Source: Takakia lepidozioides (lineage: Eukaryota > Plantae > Bryophyta). Taken from it: 64,000 nt of DNA. Location: the NCBI GenBank assembly GCA_030704615.1, contig CM060732.1, positions 43,772,001 through 43,836,000 on the forward strand, read 5' to 3'. Shown here piece by piece: positions 12,601 to 23,940 of this stretch. The notes under the pieces were generated by a model. That model was not told the origin of the DNA, searched no databases, and saw only the letters and a list, made by a program, of their open reading frames with translations. The stretch's first letter is position 1. The number at the start of each line of letters is the position of its first letter. Made by a program: the position numbers and the translations under genes.

Positions 12601-14244
12601 CCAGTGAAGGTGTTCACGGACAATGTCACGGTGAAGTATTTTGCCACGCAGCCCAAGTTGTCCCCAAAACAACTTAGGTGGCAAGATACTTTGGCGGTGT
12701 TCGACGTGGATATCCAGTACAAACCGGGACGAGACAACGTGGTGGCCGATGCTTTAAGTAGAAAGCAGCAGCTCTTGTTGGTGTACAAGGGCAAGACGGC
12801 GCTCCAAAGGAAGATCCGAAAGGCTTGCCGGAAGGATGAGCTGGCGAAGTCCGTGATGCAGGACTTGAGGATGGGGGTTAAATCGTAGTTGCACTTGCAA
12901 AATGGACTGCTCCGGTATAAGCAAAAACATCTCTACGTGCCAAAGAGAAGGATCAGAGATAGTCTCTTGAGAGAATGCCATGATAGCCCGCTTGCGGGCT
13001 ACGGCGGAGCCAAGCGCACCGCGGCACTTTTGAAGAAAGAGTATTTCTGGCCCAAACTGAGGGAGGAGGCAGAGGAGTATGTCAAGACATGCACCACATG
13101 CCAACAAAACCGGAGCGAGTACAAAAAGCAAGCGGGGCTGTTACAACCCTTGCCGATTCCAGAGGGGACTTGGGAAAGCGTCTCGATGGATTTCATGACT
13201 GTTATGCCGCTATCAAAAGGATTCGATGCAATCATGGTGGTGGTGGATAGGTTGAGTAAAATGGGCCATTTCATCCCCACCAAGGAGACGGCAACGGCGC
13301 AGGAGACAGGGCGACTTTACTTCGCCCACGTCTTAAAGCATCATGGAGTCCCGAAGGATATTGTCTCGGACCGCGACCCAAAGTTTACGAGTAAATTTTG
13401 GAGGGCACTTTGGAAGAAGATGGGGACGAGGCTGAAGATGAGCACCGCCTTCCGACCTACGACCGACGGCCAAACAGAAAGAGTGAATTCCATAGTGAAG
13501 CAGATCTTGCGGAATTACGTGTCGGCAAACCAAACAGACTGGGTGGAACACTTAGACGCGGCGGAGTTCTGTTATAATAACACATAACACTCCGCAACGG
13601 GAGTTTCCCCTTTCGTATTGGTCTATGGAAAAGCACCTTTGGTGCTGACAAGTTGGGCTGCCCAGGACGTTGAGGAACAGGCAGTACTGGAAGAACGCGA
13701 GCGTTTGTTGAAGCTCGCAAAATACAACATTGCCAAAGCTAGGAAACGGTATGAAAGGCAGGCGAATCGGAAGCGGAGAGAAGTGAAGTTTGAGGCAGGC
13801 ACAGAGGTCTGGTTGAACATCAAGAATTTCCGACTACCTCCGGAAGTGAGTCCAAAGTTCGTACCTCCGTATGCGGGACATTTTCGCATTCGGAAGGTTA
13901 TGAATGAGGATGTGTATGAATTGGAGCTGCCGGCAAATAGCAAGGTGCACCCAGTATTCCATGCCTCACTTTTGAAGCCTTACTTCAAAGATGAAGCGGG
14001 TCCGAATCGGCATCAAATGTTGCGTCCGCCACCTATGCTGTTGGATCATGAAAATGAACCTGAGTACGAGGTGGAGGCAATACTTAAGTCGAGGAGGTTC
14101 AAGAACCGAGAAACGGAGTATCTCGTCAAATGGAAGGGTTATCATCATGTTGAGGCATCTTGGGTACGTGCCTCAGAAATGGGAAACGCATCCGAGGCGG
14201 TCGCAGCTTTCGACGGGCGACCTCAAAAGCGAAAGAAGCGTTGA
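9646..14244 (+). pseudogene. gag-pol polyprotein of the chromovirus, one reading frame broken by stops
   Basis: ORFs at 9592, 9901, 10708, 12889 and 13618 share one frame: Gag, CCHC knuckle ([14 protein letters not shown]), protease (LVDTGAS), RT (YIDD), RNase H (TDAS), integrase, chromodomain (YEVEAIL...YLVKWKGY). Stops at 9886, 10438-10452 (insertion), 12886 and 13585. Confidence 0.95.
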
Positions 14245-15147
14245 TGGGGACATCAACCTTGGAGCGTGGGGGAGGAAGTGCATGCTTAGCCCGGCTTAGC
14301 TAGCTTAGGAATCCGATTGCAAAAACTTGTATTGTACAAAACGTGCTATAAATGAAATGGATTCCAAATGTTGTGCGTCCTATTTTGTTTGGAATGGTGA
14401 TGCATGGTATGGTTGGCTAGTGTGTAGAATGCATGCTAGCTTATAAAAGTGGGAGAGGTAAATTGGGTTAATCGTGTGTTTGCGTAGTGCTGAAATCGGG
14501 TGACCCCATCCGAGGGGCAAGGAAACTTGCGCCTTCTTTGGGAGTTCACGTGCTAGTGCGCACCTGGCGCGTGCGCATACTATAACTGCGCTACCGAGGG
14601 GGTTGTCTTGTAGTGCGGGCTAACGCGGAAGCCACGTGCTTCCGTTCACGTACTATAATCGTGTAGCCTCGGGACGAAGTCGTAGTGCGGCTTCGGCATG
14701 TTCCCGTACCTCAGGCAAACATTCCAAGGCGGACCCAATTGTAGTGATTGGGGCGCACGGTTGGTTCAAATTATCTTCCTAGTCAAAGAGGGTTCTAGGT
14801 GAACCCTTGCTCAAGGTGATGCCAAAAGCGGCATCATGAGCGGTCGCAAGCAATGTTGTTGCAGTAAGGCGATTCGATCCTCGAGGAGGATCGTTCCTTG
14901 GCCTTGAAGTAGGCCAAGAAGAGTGCACTGGGAGGAGCTGGAGAGGCTCCACCCTTGGCCGGGACTTGGAGGAAGTTGGCCGAACTAGCTAGTGGAGAGT
15001 AGAGTCAAGTGTGGGGTTTGGTTCTTTGCCATGGGACGCCATGGTACGGAAACAAACTCCTTGATGTAAGACGCCACAACTTGGATGTTCGTTTCTACAA
15101 AATGGACAAGTCGATGAGGACATCGACTCCCTGTTGGTAGGGGTGTG

Positions 15148-15875
15148 TGTCGCGGCCCTTTGCCTTGAGGGCAGGGGGTCGGGACACATGAGGAGCTGCC
15201 CCTGTGGTGGGGGCAGCGACAGTGATAGGTATGGGGGGCCTGAAGCACCCTTGAGTGCCCAAGGCACTCAGAGAAGCGGAGGCGCTCACTAGGTGGAGCC
15301 CCGCACACCGGGTTGCGGTGGGGGTGGCTCCACAAGGGGTGGTGGTAGCTTAGCGGGACTTAGTGGGGATGGCATAGGACTCACCATGGGGGCGGAGAAC
15401 TCGTGGTGGGAGTCGTGGGGAGTCTTGGGACTCATCACAGTCCATAAGGGCCGTGGTGAGTGGACCAAGACTCACCGCAACTCATCACCGGGAGTCGAGG
15501 GTTTTCGTGGTGGTTCGCCATAAAATGGCATGGCTGGTTGTGAAACCCCCGCGGACAGCTACAGAAGTATATATAGGGAGTAGTAACCCCAAGAACGGTG
15601 CAAGCCCGTTGGTGACCAAAAACTAATGAGTAAGCGAGCGAACCGGGAAGCGACCAAAGAGTGGGGAACTGTTCCGGACTGCCAATTACCAAAGGGAATT
15701 CCCGCTGGTTCCAAATCGGTGGAGGGTTCTTCGGGAGAACAAAGGGGGACCGTTATGCCCCGGTGAGCAGCCGAAGCTCCAAGTTGGCCCGGCGGCCAGG
15801 TTGGGAGTTAGGCGCGCGCATCAAAGTGAGTAACTATGACTTGAAGGGGAGCTTATCGAAGTGAGGTGCGCGACA
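15148..15875 (+). repeat. 3' LTR
   Basis: Direct copy of 8863-9590, preceded by a G-rich tract at 15136-15147. Confidence 0.96.
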
Positions 15876-15880
15876 CTGTG

Positions 15881-17450
15881 TGACGATGGCAAGGATGGCT
15901 GTGGCGTAGGTTTCTGGGGCAGGCCTAAATTGAGAAAAAAACAAAGATGATTTGAAAAGAGGGCCTGAACAAGATGTGTGATATGTGCATAGAGAAGATG
16001 AAAATACATAGCATGGTGTGGCGGTTGGGTGGACCGGAAGTGTGATCCGGTACTGTGTTGTTAGTGCTAGGGATGTAAGGATGAACGGTGATCTTTCTTA
16101 CTAGCGGGACCAGAACAATGATGCCATCTCTACACGGAGAAGTGTACAAATTGTGAATAGAGTTCCAGTAAGGCAGGTTCATACTGGGTTTAAACTGAAC
16201 TAGATCCCTGTGATAGTGAACAGAGAAGTATCTTATACTGGCGTTGATTTTCCTGGTGAATGTAATCAAGTGAACATCCTTGGAATTCTGGAATGAGATC
16301 TATTTGAGTTGAGAGTTGTCACTGTTAAGAACTGGGCTGAACTGGTAGAAGCGCTACGGTTGAAATTAAGAGAGAACTGTGATAAGTGGTATCAGAGCGG
16401 TTCAGTGATCGGGGAGAGCAGATCGTGAAATTTCGAATTTTTCAGAAGTAAATCGTGTGAATGAGCCAGATCTCATTCAGCTCTGTGAGCACACACCCCG
16501 GTGACGACAATCAAGATAGTGAGTGGCAGGAAAACGTGAGCGTTCCAATGTGGCCAGCCTGCACCGAACTTCAGATCGTGAGCGTGGGAGTCAGTTATTT
16601 TCCCAACAACAGATGGAAGCCTTGGGTGCATTAATTCGATCTGAAATGTAGAAATTGGCTCATGTACAAACTCAAACTCAAAAGCGATCTCGGGAGTTGG
16701 CTGTGAGTGAGCCACGGAATGAGGACGAATCTGAAGCCGATTCCCATGAGGCCAGGATGAAGCGAAGCAAGGATGTCACTAGGGAAATCAGAAGGTTGGT
16801 GAAATTGCCAGAATTTTATGGTAAGCCATCTATCAAGCCCGAGGAAATATTATCTTTTCTGGATACTGGATACATTAGAAGAGTTATTTGAGGATGACTA
16901 TTCAGAGGAAGCCAAGATACAGACAGTTGCTCTGCAGCTCCGTGATCCCGCCAAGATATGGTGGTCGCACCAGAAACAGGAACTCTGTGAACACAAAAAA
17001 TCACATGTGGATAGTTGGGGTATGTTCAAGACACTGTTCTTAGCCCACTATCTACCTGGCGACTATGCACTCAAAATGAAGGTGGAATTGTTCAGGTTGA
17101 AACAAGAGACCTTGAGCGTTGGTGAATTCAAAACCAGATTTGAAACCCACGCAAGCTACTTTCCTTCCCTGAGTGAAGAAGACAAGGTCGACTTCTTTGT
17201 GGATGGCCTGAATGATTCCCTTAAATACAAAGTCGAGGCCCACAATCCTCGGACAGAAGCAGAGGCCTATCACTTGGCAGCAAATTTGAAAGTGAGATCA
17301 GGGCAAAGAGGATTGTGACTCAGGCTCGTGAATTCAAGCCAAATGCGGTACCATCTTGGCAACCAACTAAGAAAAAGAGGAATTGGAAAAGGTTCAAGCC
17401 CTATAACAAAAGGCAGGATGGCTCGAATAGTCGAAGGCCATCGCAGGTAG
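15881..17450 (+). mobile_element. Truncated second LTR retrotransposon (LTR remnant, PBS and gag)
   Basis: PBS tggtatcagagc at 16387-16398. Retrotransposon Gag (KLPEFYG..., AKIWW..., LFRLKQ...FVDGL) at 16655-17318, frameshifted by a 7-bp duplication ctggata near 16860. No pol. Confidence 0.75.
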
Positions 17451-18987
17451 AAGCCTCTGCACGGCAGTAGCCCTTGTGGTGAAGAGACACCATAAGTTAC
17501 ACTCCCTTCGGGAAGCGTTATACTTTTTTTTTTACGGTCTTCCTTGGAGGCTATTTTTTCCTCATCTCTCTAACGTTTTCTCCTTTATTAAATAAAGTTT
17601 TTTCAGGGCCACTGTCCCCTTAAAGAAAAAAAGGGGACAGAGGCCCTTTAACTCTTATTAAACAAAAAACGGACTTGGCCTTGCGGTTAGGCTACTGCCC
17701 TTTTCGGGGGTGGGGCGGGCCTCGGCACTATGTCCTAAGCCCTTTTAGGATAGTGCCGCCGGCCCGGGCTCCCGTCCTCGTGCCCGGCCTGGGCTACTGG
17801 CTGGCCCCGCTGCCAGGTCAGCTCTTCCTGCGACGCGGTCCCATGCGCTCTTGCTGGCCCGCGGGGTCTGCTTGATGTCGACGCCCCAACACCGGGGCGA
17901 TCATATTGGAGCAAGTTATTAGTGCAGGAGGTTACTGTTGTTTGGGTCCCAGTTTTCCATGAGGCAGTGATGGAAGCCAACGCACTCGCTTGAAGGAGAA
18001 CCCCTTACCCATGGATCTACGAGCATTTTATTCTGAAGCACTCATTTTCAAGAGCACGAAGTCTCTACATTTCTTCGACCAGTTAGTCGTGAACAAATAT
18101 GTCACTAAGATCTGGAGGAAGACCAGCTTTAGAAAGTTTTACTACTTTTCCGAGTGAGAGAGTGTGATAAGTCAGACGAGCAGGATGGACGTGAAGCTAT
18201 CAGCAGCTCTCACTTCAGAAACTGTGCATTATGAATCTGGAGTCTGGACTTGGACCAGAAAGGGTGATGGCCCCGAATTCGACATGCACTCTCCAGGAAT
18301 TAGATCGACACGATCATACCAGCCGAGGTCTAACCGTCCCGTCCCTTGTACGTCCTTTGTTGACCAGTGTTTTCATCTCATTGATACCTGCAGCGGACTC
18401 GTCGATTACCTTATTTGACAAGCTTGATCCTGAGGGCTGACTCCCAAGGCCATGTACAGCTTGAACTTTGATGGGTTGCAACTATGATGGGTTCCAACTG
18501 CCTGCACCCTGCTTGCAAGCAGACTTTGCTTCACTCAACAACCCAGTCTAGATGGCAGCTCGGATGGCAGAAACTACTTATCATTTTTCCTCGCGGGCTC
18601 CGCTTAAGCCCAAAGTTGTGATCACGATATCTCTCGTTTGACATCTAGATCTAACCTAGCTACTTCGCGACGTGGCAGGGAGCTAGCTAGAAGGCAGGGC
18701 AGCGATCAGGAGGAGCCGACGTGGCAGGGAGCCAGGAACAAGCCAGGCCGGGCACGAGGACGGGTGCCCGGGCCCGCGGCACTATCCTGAAAGGGCTTGG
18801 GCCGGGGTCCTGTGTTTGTTTCAAAAGGATTCGAGGTATCGAACAGAATTCCTTTCTCTCCCTCCAGACCTATCATTCCTGAGCTCTTTCTCAATGCTCT
18901 ATGCTGCCCTCCTTTTCGCACCATAGCCACTCATGCATTCTAGGCGAGAATAAGTAGATCACAAACGTGCTGACCTCAGAGCTCGCA

Positions 18988-21900
18988 ATGGAGGAGCCCG
19001 ATTTAGAAGAGCTGGAATGGATGGCATGCCAGCCTCCAGAAGAAGATGATGCTGAGGACTATTGCGACGACTTTCCTTTGACTTCTCACACTCGTGGTGG
19101 TCTGGAAGCCCAATTGGTGGCTTCCTCGCATGACGGAAGCTGTCACAAAAGGCTCTGGTCAGATGGGGGCTTGAATGAGCAGGATGATGTTTTGAAGGAG
19201 GCAGCAACAGCAAAGCGTAGCCGTGGTCTTTCAGACATATCTTCATATGATTGTTTGGAAAAAGCATGGCTCGGGCCCCACCCAGCACTAAAGGCTTCTA
19301 CAGAGAAAGAATGGTCACCTCCACCGCCTCCAATAGTATCATGTCGATGCCCATCACTACATGAGAAGGCTACTTCCTCAAACGTTTCAACAGAGAAAGC
19401 GTGGTCACTGTCTCCACCTCCCCCAGCCCCCAGCCTCTCAACAGTAGAGCAGGGTGCAGTGGCAGAAGAAGCTTTACACACATTCGCTCCAGTAGACCAA
19501 GAGGAAGCAGTGGCTACAGAGATTCAACCTCCAGTGCCATGCCAATTACCACACCGGCGGGCGGCAGACATTGCTGGGGACTTCATATCGATCACAGGGG
19601 CTTCTGGAGAGAGAGTGTATGCTGCAAGGGTGGTGCCCCAGATCTCCAGTAAAAATAAATTCAGCTACAGTGCAATTAGGAAAGGTTTGCTTTCCAGACC
19701 AATTGAGGCGCTTATTGAACAATTGGAGCATGAAGCATTTGAGCAGGTTGTTGCAGCCAGTGAGAAGAAAGATCATGGGGAGGACAATTCCAAGGAGATG
19801 GAGGAAGCAATGGTGCATGAGGAGCTGTGGGTCGACAAGTTTGCCCCACGGTCATTCACTGATCTTCTTAGTGACGAACAAACCAACAGAGAGGTTCTCA
19901 GGTGGCTGAAGCAGTGGGATCCTTGTGTGTTTGGTTCCAAGAAACATTCTACATCTGATGAGGTGTTGACATCCCTGCGTCGCCAATTGCCTCAGTCACA
20001 GGCAAGGGGATTTGGTGAAGCCAGGGGCTCATTCAACCAGTCGTTGATTGGAGGTCTGTCTGGTGGTGCACATGGCAATGTCAATGGACTTGGCTGGCAG
20101 TCTCACAGTAGCTTTTCCAATCCTGAACCTGCTAGGAAACTAGGAACAAATGATCAAGCTACCAGTGATCGGCCAGAGGAAAAGGTGTTGCTGCTGTGTG
20201 GACCACCTGGGCTGGGAAAGACAACATTGGCACATGTAGCTGCTAAACATTGCGGGTATCGTATTGTAGAGATAAATGCAAGTGATGATCGTGTGGCAAC
20301 AACATTGCAAGGGAAAATTCTGGATGCCATTCAGATGAAGTCAGTGATGGGAGAGAGGCGACCTAATTGTCTGGTTATCGACGAGATTGATGGAGTGTTG
20401 GGTGGAATGGAAGGGAAAGGAGCTATCGATTCTCTTATAGAGATTATCAATGCTGAAAAGAAGCTGTCACGAGAAAGAGAGAACGATGAGGATGACGGAA
20501 TATCTAAAAAGGTGTCAAAGAAAAGAGCAGGTTCAGCAGTGCGCCGGTTGTCAAGGCCTGTCATCTGCATCTGTAATGATCTCTATGCGCCAGCTTTGAG
20601 AGCCCTTCGGCAAGTGGCCAGGGTGCATGTTTTTGCACGACCGAGCACCAGTCGAGTTGTCTCCAGGCTCAAGTACATTTGTAGCATGGAGGGTTACAAA
20701 ACAAATGCACGTGCTCTTACTGCCCTTGCTGAGCATACAGAGTGTGATATCCGATCATGCCTCAATACTCTTCAATTTCTCAAAAGGAGAAGGCAATCCC
20801 TAAAGACGCTCGATGTGGAGTCGCAAGTGATTGGTCGGAAGGACATGACCAGCAGCATTTTTGATATATGGGCGGAGGTGTTTCACAGAAGAAAGGTGCG
20901 GTCGGGAGCTGTGATGCGGGGCATGGTGGACATGTCTGAAAATGGTGGGCCACAGCACAAAGATTTTGCTCGTCTTCATGGATTATTCACCAAGCATGGA
21001 GACTATGAGCTGGCCATGAATGGAATCCATGAGAACATTTTGCACATACGCTATCATGATGCCTCACTTCACAAAACGGTGGAAGCACTTGAGTGGATGG
21101 GGGCTGCTGAAATATTTGGGCACCGTGTTGTATCCAAGCAGCAATTTTTTCTCCTGGCATATCAGCCTTCAACATTGATTGCAATTCGGAGTTTAGTGGC
21201 GCAGCCAGACAGACCTCAAGTTGAATGGCCAAAGTCATTTCAAAGGTATCGATCAGAGATAGCTGTGAAGAAGGAGATGCTGAGTTCCTGGCTTGCTGCT
21301 ATGTCGGCTACAGTCTCCCGAAGTCTGTCAGCAGCCCGTCTTGCTGTGGACATGGTGTCACCGTTCCTTTCCATCCTTAGCCCCCCAAGTCTCCGGCCTG
21401 TAGCGTCCCAGCTACTGAGCTCCAAGGAAAAGGAAGAGATATTACAGCTGGTGGACACCATGATTGGCTATGGAATCTCTTATAAGCACCCAAAGCTAGG
21501 CCTTCTTACTGCAAGCAAACCTGAATATGGATTGGATGGACACGGAGTGCTTCTACTGGATCCGCCCATTGACTCATTCATCAAATTCAAGGCGTCTGCA
21601 GCAAGGCAGCCCCAACTTTCCTCCACATTACGCCAAATGTTGGGCCATGAGGTTGAGATGGAAAAACTTCGACGAGAAGGAGCTTTGCGTGCAGCCAGGA
21701 TAGCATCAACGACTCAATTGCAACCCAGGGGGGCTATTGCAGCCACCTCCATAAACAGAGAAGGAGAACAAGAGTGCCTGCACTCCATGATCAAAAGCAA
21801 AAATGGTGGAAGTGAGCTCTCGAGTCCTACTGGTAATCAGACTGCGAGTTCTGACATCATGAGAGGCAGGGAATACCTCGGTTCTTCAGAAAAGAGTGCA

Positions 21901-22137
21901 GCATACCTTCCATTATCAGACTCCAGAAAGACAATAGTGGGGAAGGCTGGAGCACTCCAAACTACAAATTTTTTTGAAAGGTTCAAGAAATCGGCACAAA
22001 GAGGGGTTAGTGCTGAGGCAAAAGCAAATTCAGAGATTGCAACTATGCAGCGAGATTCGCGACCATTACTCTACAAATTCCATGAGGGTTTCACCAATGC
22101 TGTCAAGAGGCCAATGCTTCTGCGGGACTTCCTTTGA
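18988..22137 (+). CDS. CTF18: Chromosome transmission fidelity protein 18 (RFC-like clamp loader), 1049 aa, single exon
   Basis: LWVDKFAP (RFC box II), Walker A GPPGLGKTTLAH, EINASDDR, Walker B LVIDEIDG, RPVICICNDLY, DIRSCLNTLQF and C-terminal YKFHEGFTNAVKRP. Confidence 0.96.
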   Translation: MEEPDLEELEWMACQPPEEDDAEDYCDDFPLTSHTRGGLEAQLVASSHDGSCHKRLWSDGGLNEQDDVLKEAATAKRSRGLSDISSYDCLEKAWLGPHPALKASTEKEWSPPPPPIVSCRCPSLHEKATSSNVSTEKAWSLSPPPPAPSLSTVEQGAVAEEALHTFAPVDQEEAVATEIQPPVPCQLPHRRAADIAGDFISITGASGERVYAARVVPQISSKNKFSYSAIRKGLLSRPIEALIEQLEHEAFEQVVAASEKKDHGEDNSKEMEEAMVHEELWVDKFAPRSFTDLLSDEQTNREVLRWLKQWDPCVFGSKKHSTSDEVLTSLRRQLPQSQARGFGEARGSFNQSLIGGLSGGAHGNVNGLGWQSHSSFSNPEPARKLGTNDQATSDRPEEKVLLLCGPPGLGKTTLAHVAAKHCGYRIVEINASDDRVATTLQGKILDAIQMKSVMGERRPNCLVIDEIDGVLGGMEGKGAIDSLIEIINAEKKLSRERENDEDDGISKKVSKKRAGSAVRRLSRPVICICNDLYAPALRALRQVARVHVFARPSTSRVVSRLKYICSMEGYKTNARALTALAEHTECDIRSCLNTLQFLKRRRQSLKTLDVESQVIGRKDMTSSIFDIWAEVFHRRKVRSGAVMRGMVDMSENGGPQHKDFARLHGLFTKHGDYELAMNGIHENILHIRYHDASLHKTVEALEWMGAAEIFGHRVVSKQQFFLLAYQPSTLIAIRSLVAQPDRPQVEWPKSFQRYRSEIAVKKEMLSSWLAAMSATVSRSLSAARLAVDMVSPFLSILSPPSLRPVASQLLSSKEKEEILQLVDTMIGYGISYKHPKLGLLTASKPEYGLDGHGVLLLDPPIDSFIKFKASAARQPQLSSTLRQMLGHEVEMEKLRREGALRAARIASTTQLQPRGAIAATSINREGEQECLHSMIKSKNGGSELSSPTGNQTASSDIMRGREYLGSSEKSAAYLPLSDSRKTIVGKAGALQTTNFFERFKKSAQRGVSAEAKANSEIATMQRDSRPLLYKFHEGFTNAVKRPMLLRDFL

Positions 22138-23940
22138 TGTTTTCACTTCCACTCCTTAAACAGGTGTTTGTCACAGCAATGTGCCGAGAAGAAGTCAAGA
22201 AGTTCTCTCAAGCTCTAGGAAAAGGACAAGAATTTCCAATGTAAAGTTTAAAAAATGTGCACAGTCCATCCTCTGTAGCATCACTGGTTTCTGACAGTGC
22301 TATGGACATGGAAAAAAAATAAAATCGGGGATGTCCCCCCTCCCCCCCTTCACGGCTTCCCTGGTGGTTATTTTTTCCACCTTATGTGAACTCTTATTTA
22401 TTTAATTTGATTAAAAGGGCCTCTGTCCCCTTTCTCTAAAAAATAAATAAATAAAAAACGGCCAAGGCCGGGATACATATAGGAAAAAATAACCTCTGAA
22501 GGTGCCATAAGGCTGAAGACGGAAGACTCTGCTTCAGGACCTACAACGAAGGAGAAGAAGAAGACGGGGCTGAGACAAGCACAGAGTGTCTCTACGTAGC
22601 ATCAGAGCCAGACAAGGAACTACTTAGCAGAAATGCTATCAAAGGAGAGCTGCACCTTAGATCTAGTCTTAGAGCATCTCCACCGGGGGTACACCGTGGC
22701 CTTGATCCCCTCCCCCAGCGGTAACTCCATCAAACTGCATCAAACTACCCTGCACATGATGACGTGCCTTGCTACGGAGGGACCATCTGGCAGACACACC
22801 GCCTTACCATCACGCCATAAATGCATGCGGGCGTGCTTTTTAGTCGCTCCAGCAGGTACCGGCCGGGCTGACGAGGGCCAGTATCCTGCACCAAAGTGCG
22901 GGCCTGGGGGTGCGGATACTAGGGCACCGGTGGGGATGCTCTTAGATCTAGTCTTTAAGAATTTTACTTAAAAAGTTAATGTAATAAAGCGGATGTGAAC
23001 ATTGCAATCAACTTCGGACCCAAAAAATTGCATGCATTCTATCGGCCGGCACTCGAGACAGGAGAGTACATGTACAATTGTAAAAATAATATTGAGTTTT
23101 ATAAGGTCTTGTGTAACTCGGACAAGATGACAGCTTCACTTGTATATATAGAAGTTTTTAATAAAATATCATGTTTCCCATACAACTCAACATAATCCAG
23201 CTTCAGTTGTTCATCATAACTGCTTAGATCCATTCTTGGGCTTCTAACGATCAAGCTAAAAGCAGGAAATGCACAGCTGAAGCCGGGTTGAGGATATCAT
23301 ATGAGAAGCTACAAGTCAGAGCAGAGAGCAGAGAGAATATCATTTAAAAGAATTAGATGGTGCAGCAACTGCTGCAAATTTAACTTGGAGTGGGGCACTC
23401 CAGCTGATGACATGAAGAGCTAACATAGCATTTGCAACCAAATCTATACTAGGTGATACTTATACACCTTGTGGTTGTTCCCATTGATAGCTTTTCCTCC
23501 TTTGAGGAACTCACTAAAGATCAAAGTTTCTGTGAAAGACAATCACTGCAGATATAGTGTCGAACTCATCTCACAGATCACACTACTCATCCATATAACA
23601 CTACTCCTGCTTAAGAATAGGGACTTGCTAAGTAACTACAAGCTCACAGAATGACGTGGGCAAGTAGCTCCCTAATTTGAACTGGACAACCTGGCCTTCC
23701 AGTGTCTGCTTTGCCATTTTGACAAAGTTACTGTACACCAAAGTTCTTTAAGCCACCTCCAATGCCCAACTCCTACCCCTCATTCCCAATACCACTTCTC
23801 CATATCCAGGTAAAATTACTGTCAATTCCTAGTTTAAGCAGAAAGTTTTAGAAGAGATGATTGCTGGCCCATCAACCATCTGCCCTGTAAAAATTCCGGA
23901 TTGCTTCCCACCGGATTGATAGACTCACAGCCGGAAGCAT

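Larger units (their letters stand above)
8863..15875 (+). mobile_element. Full-length Ty3/gypsy chromovirus LTR retrotransposon, inactivated
   Basis: 728-bp TG..CA LTRs, 5-bp TSD ctgtg at 8858-8862 and 15876-15880, tRNA-iMet PBS tggtatcagagc at 9593, and a gag-PR-RT-RH-IN-chromodomain order. Confidence 0.97.

Noticed and set aside
9886-13587. In-frame stops in gag-pol as programmed readthrough or RNA-editing sites
   Set aside because: They do not lie at the gag/pol boundary, one falls inside the integrase region, and LTR divergence of about 3% is enough to explain them as decay.
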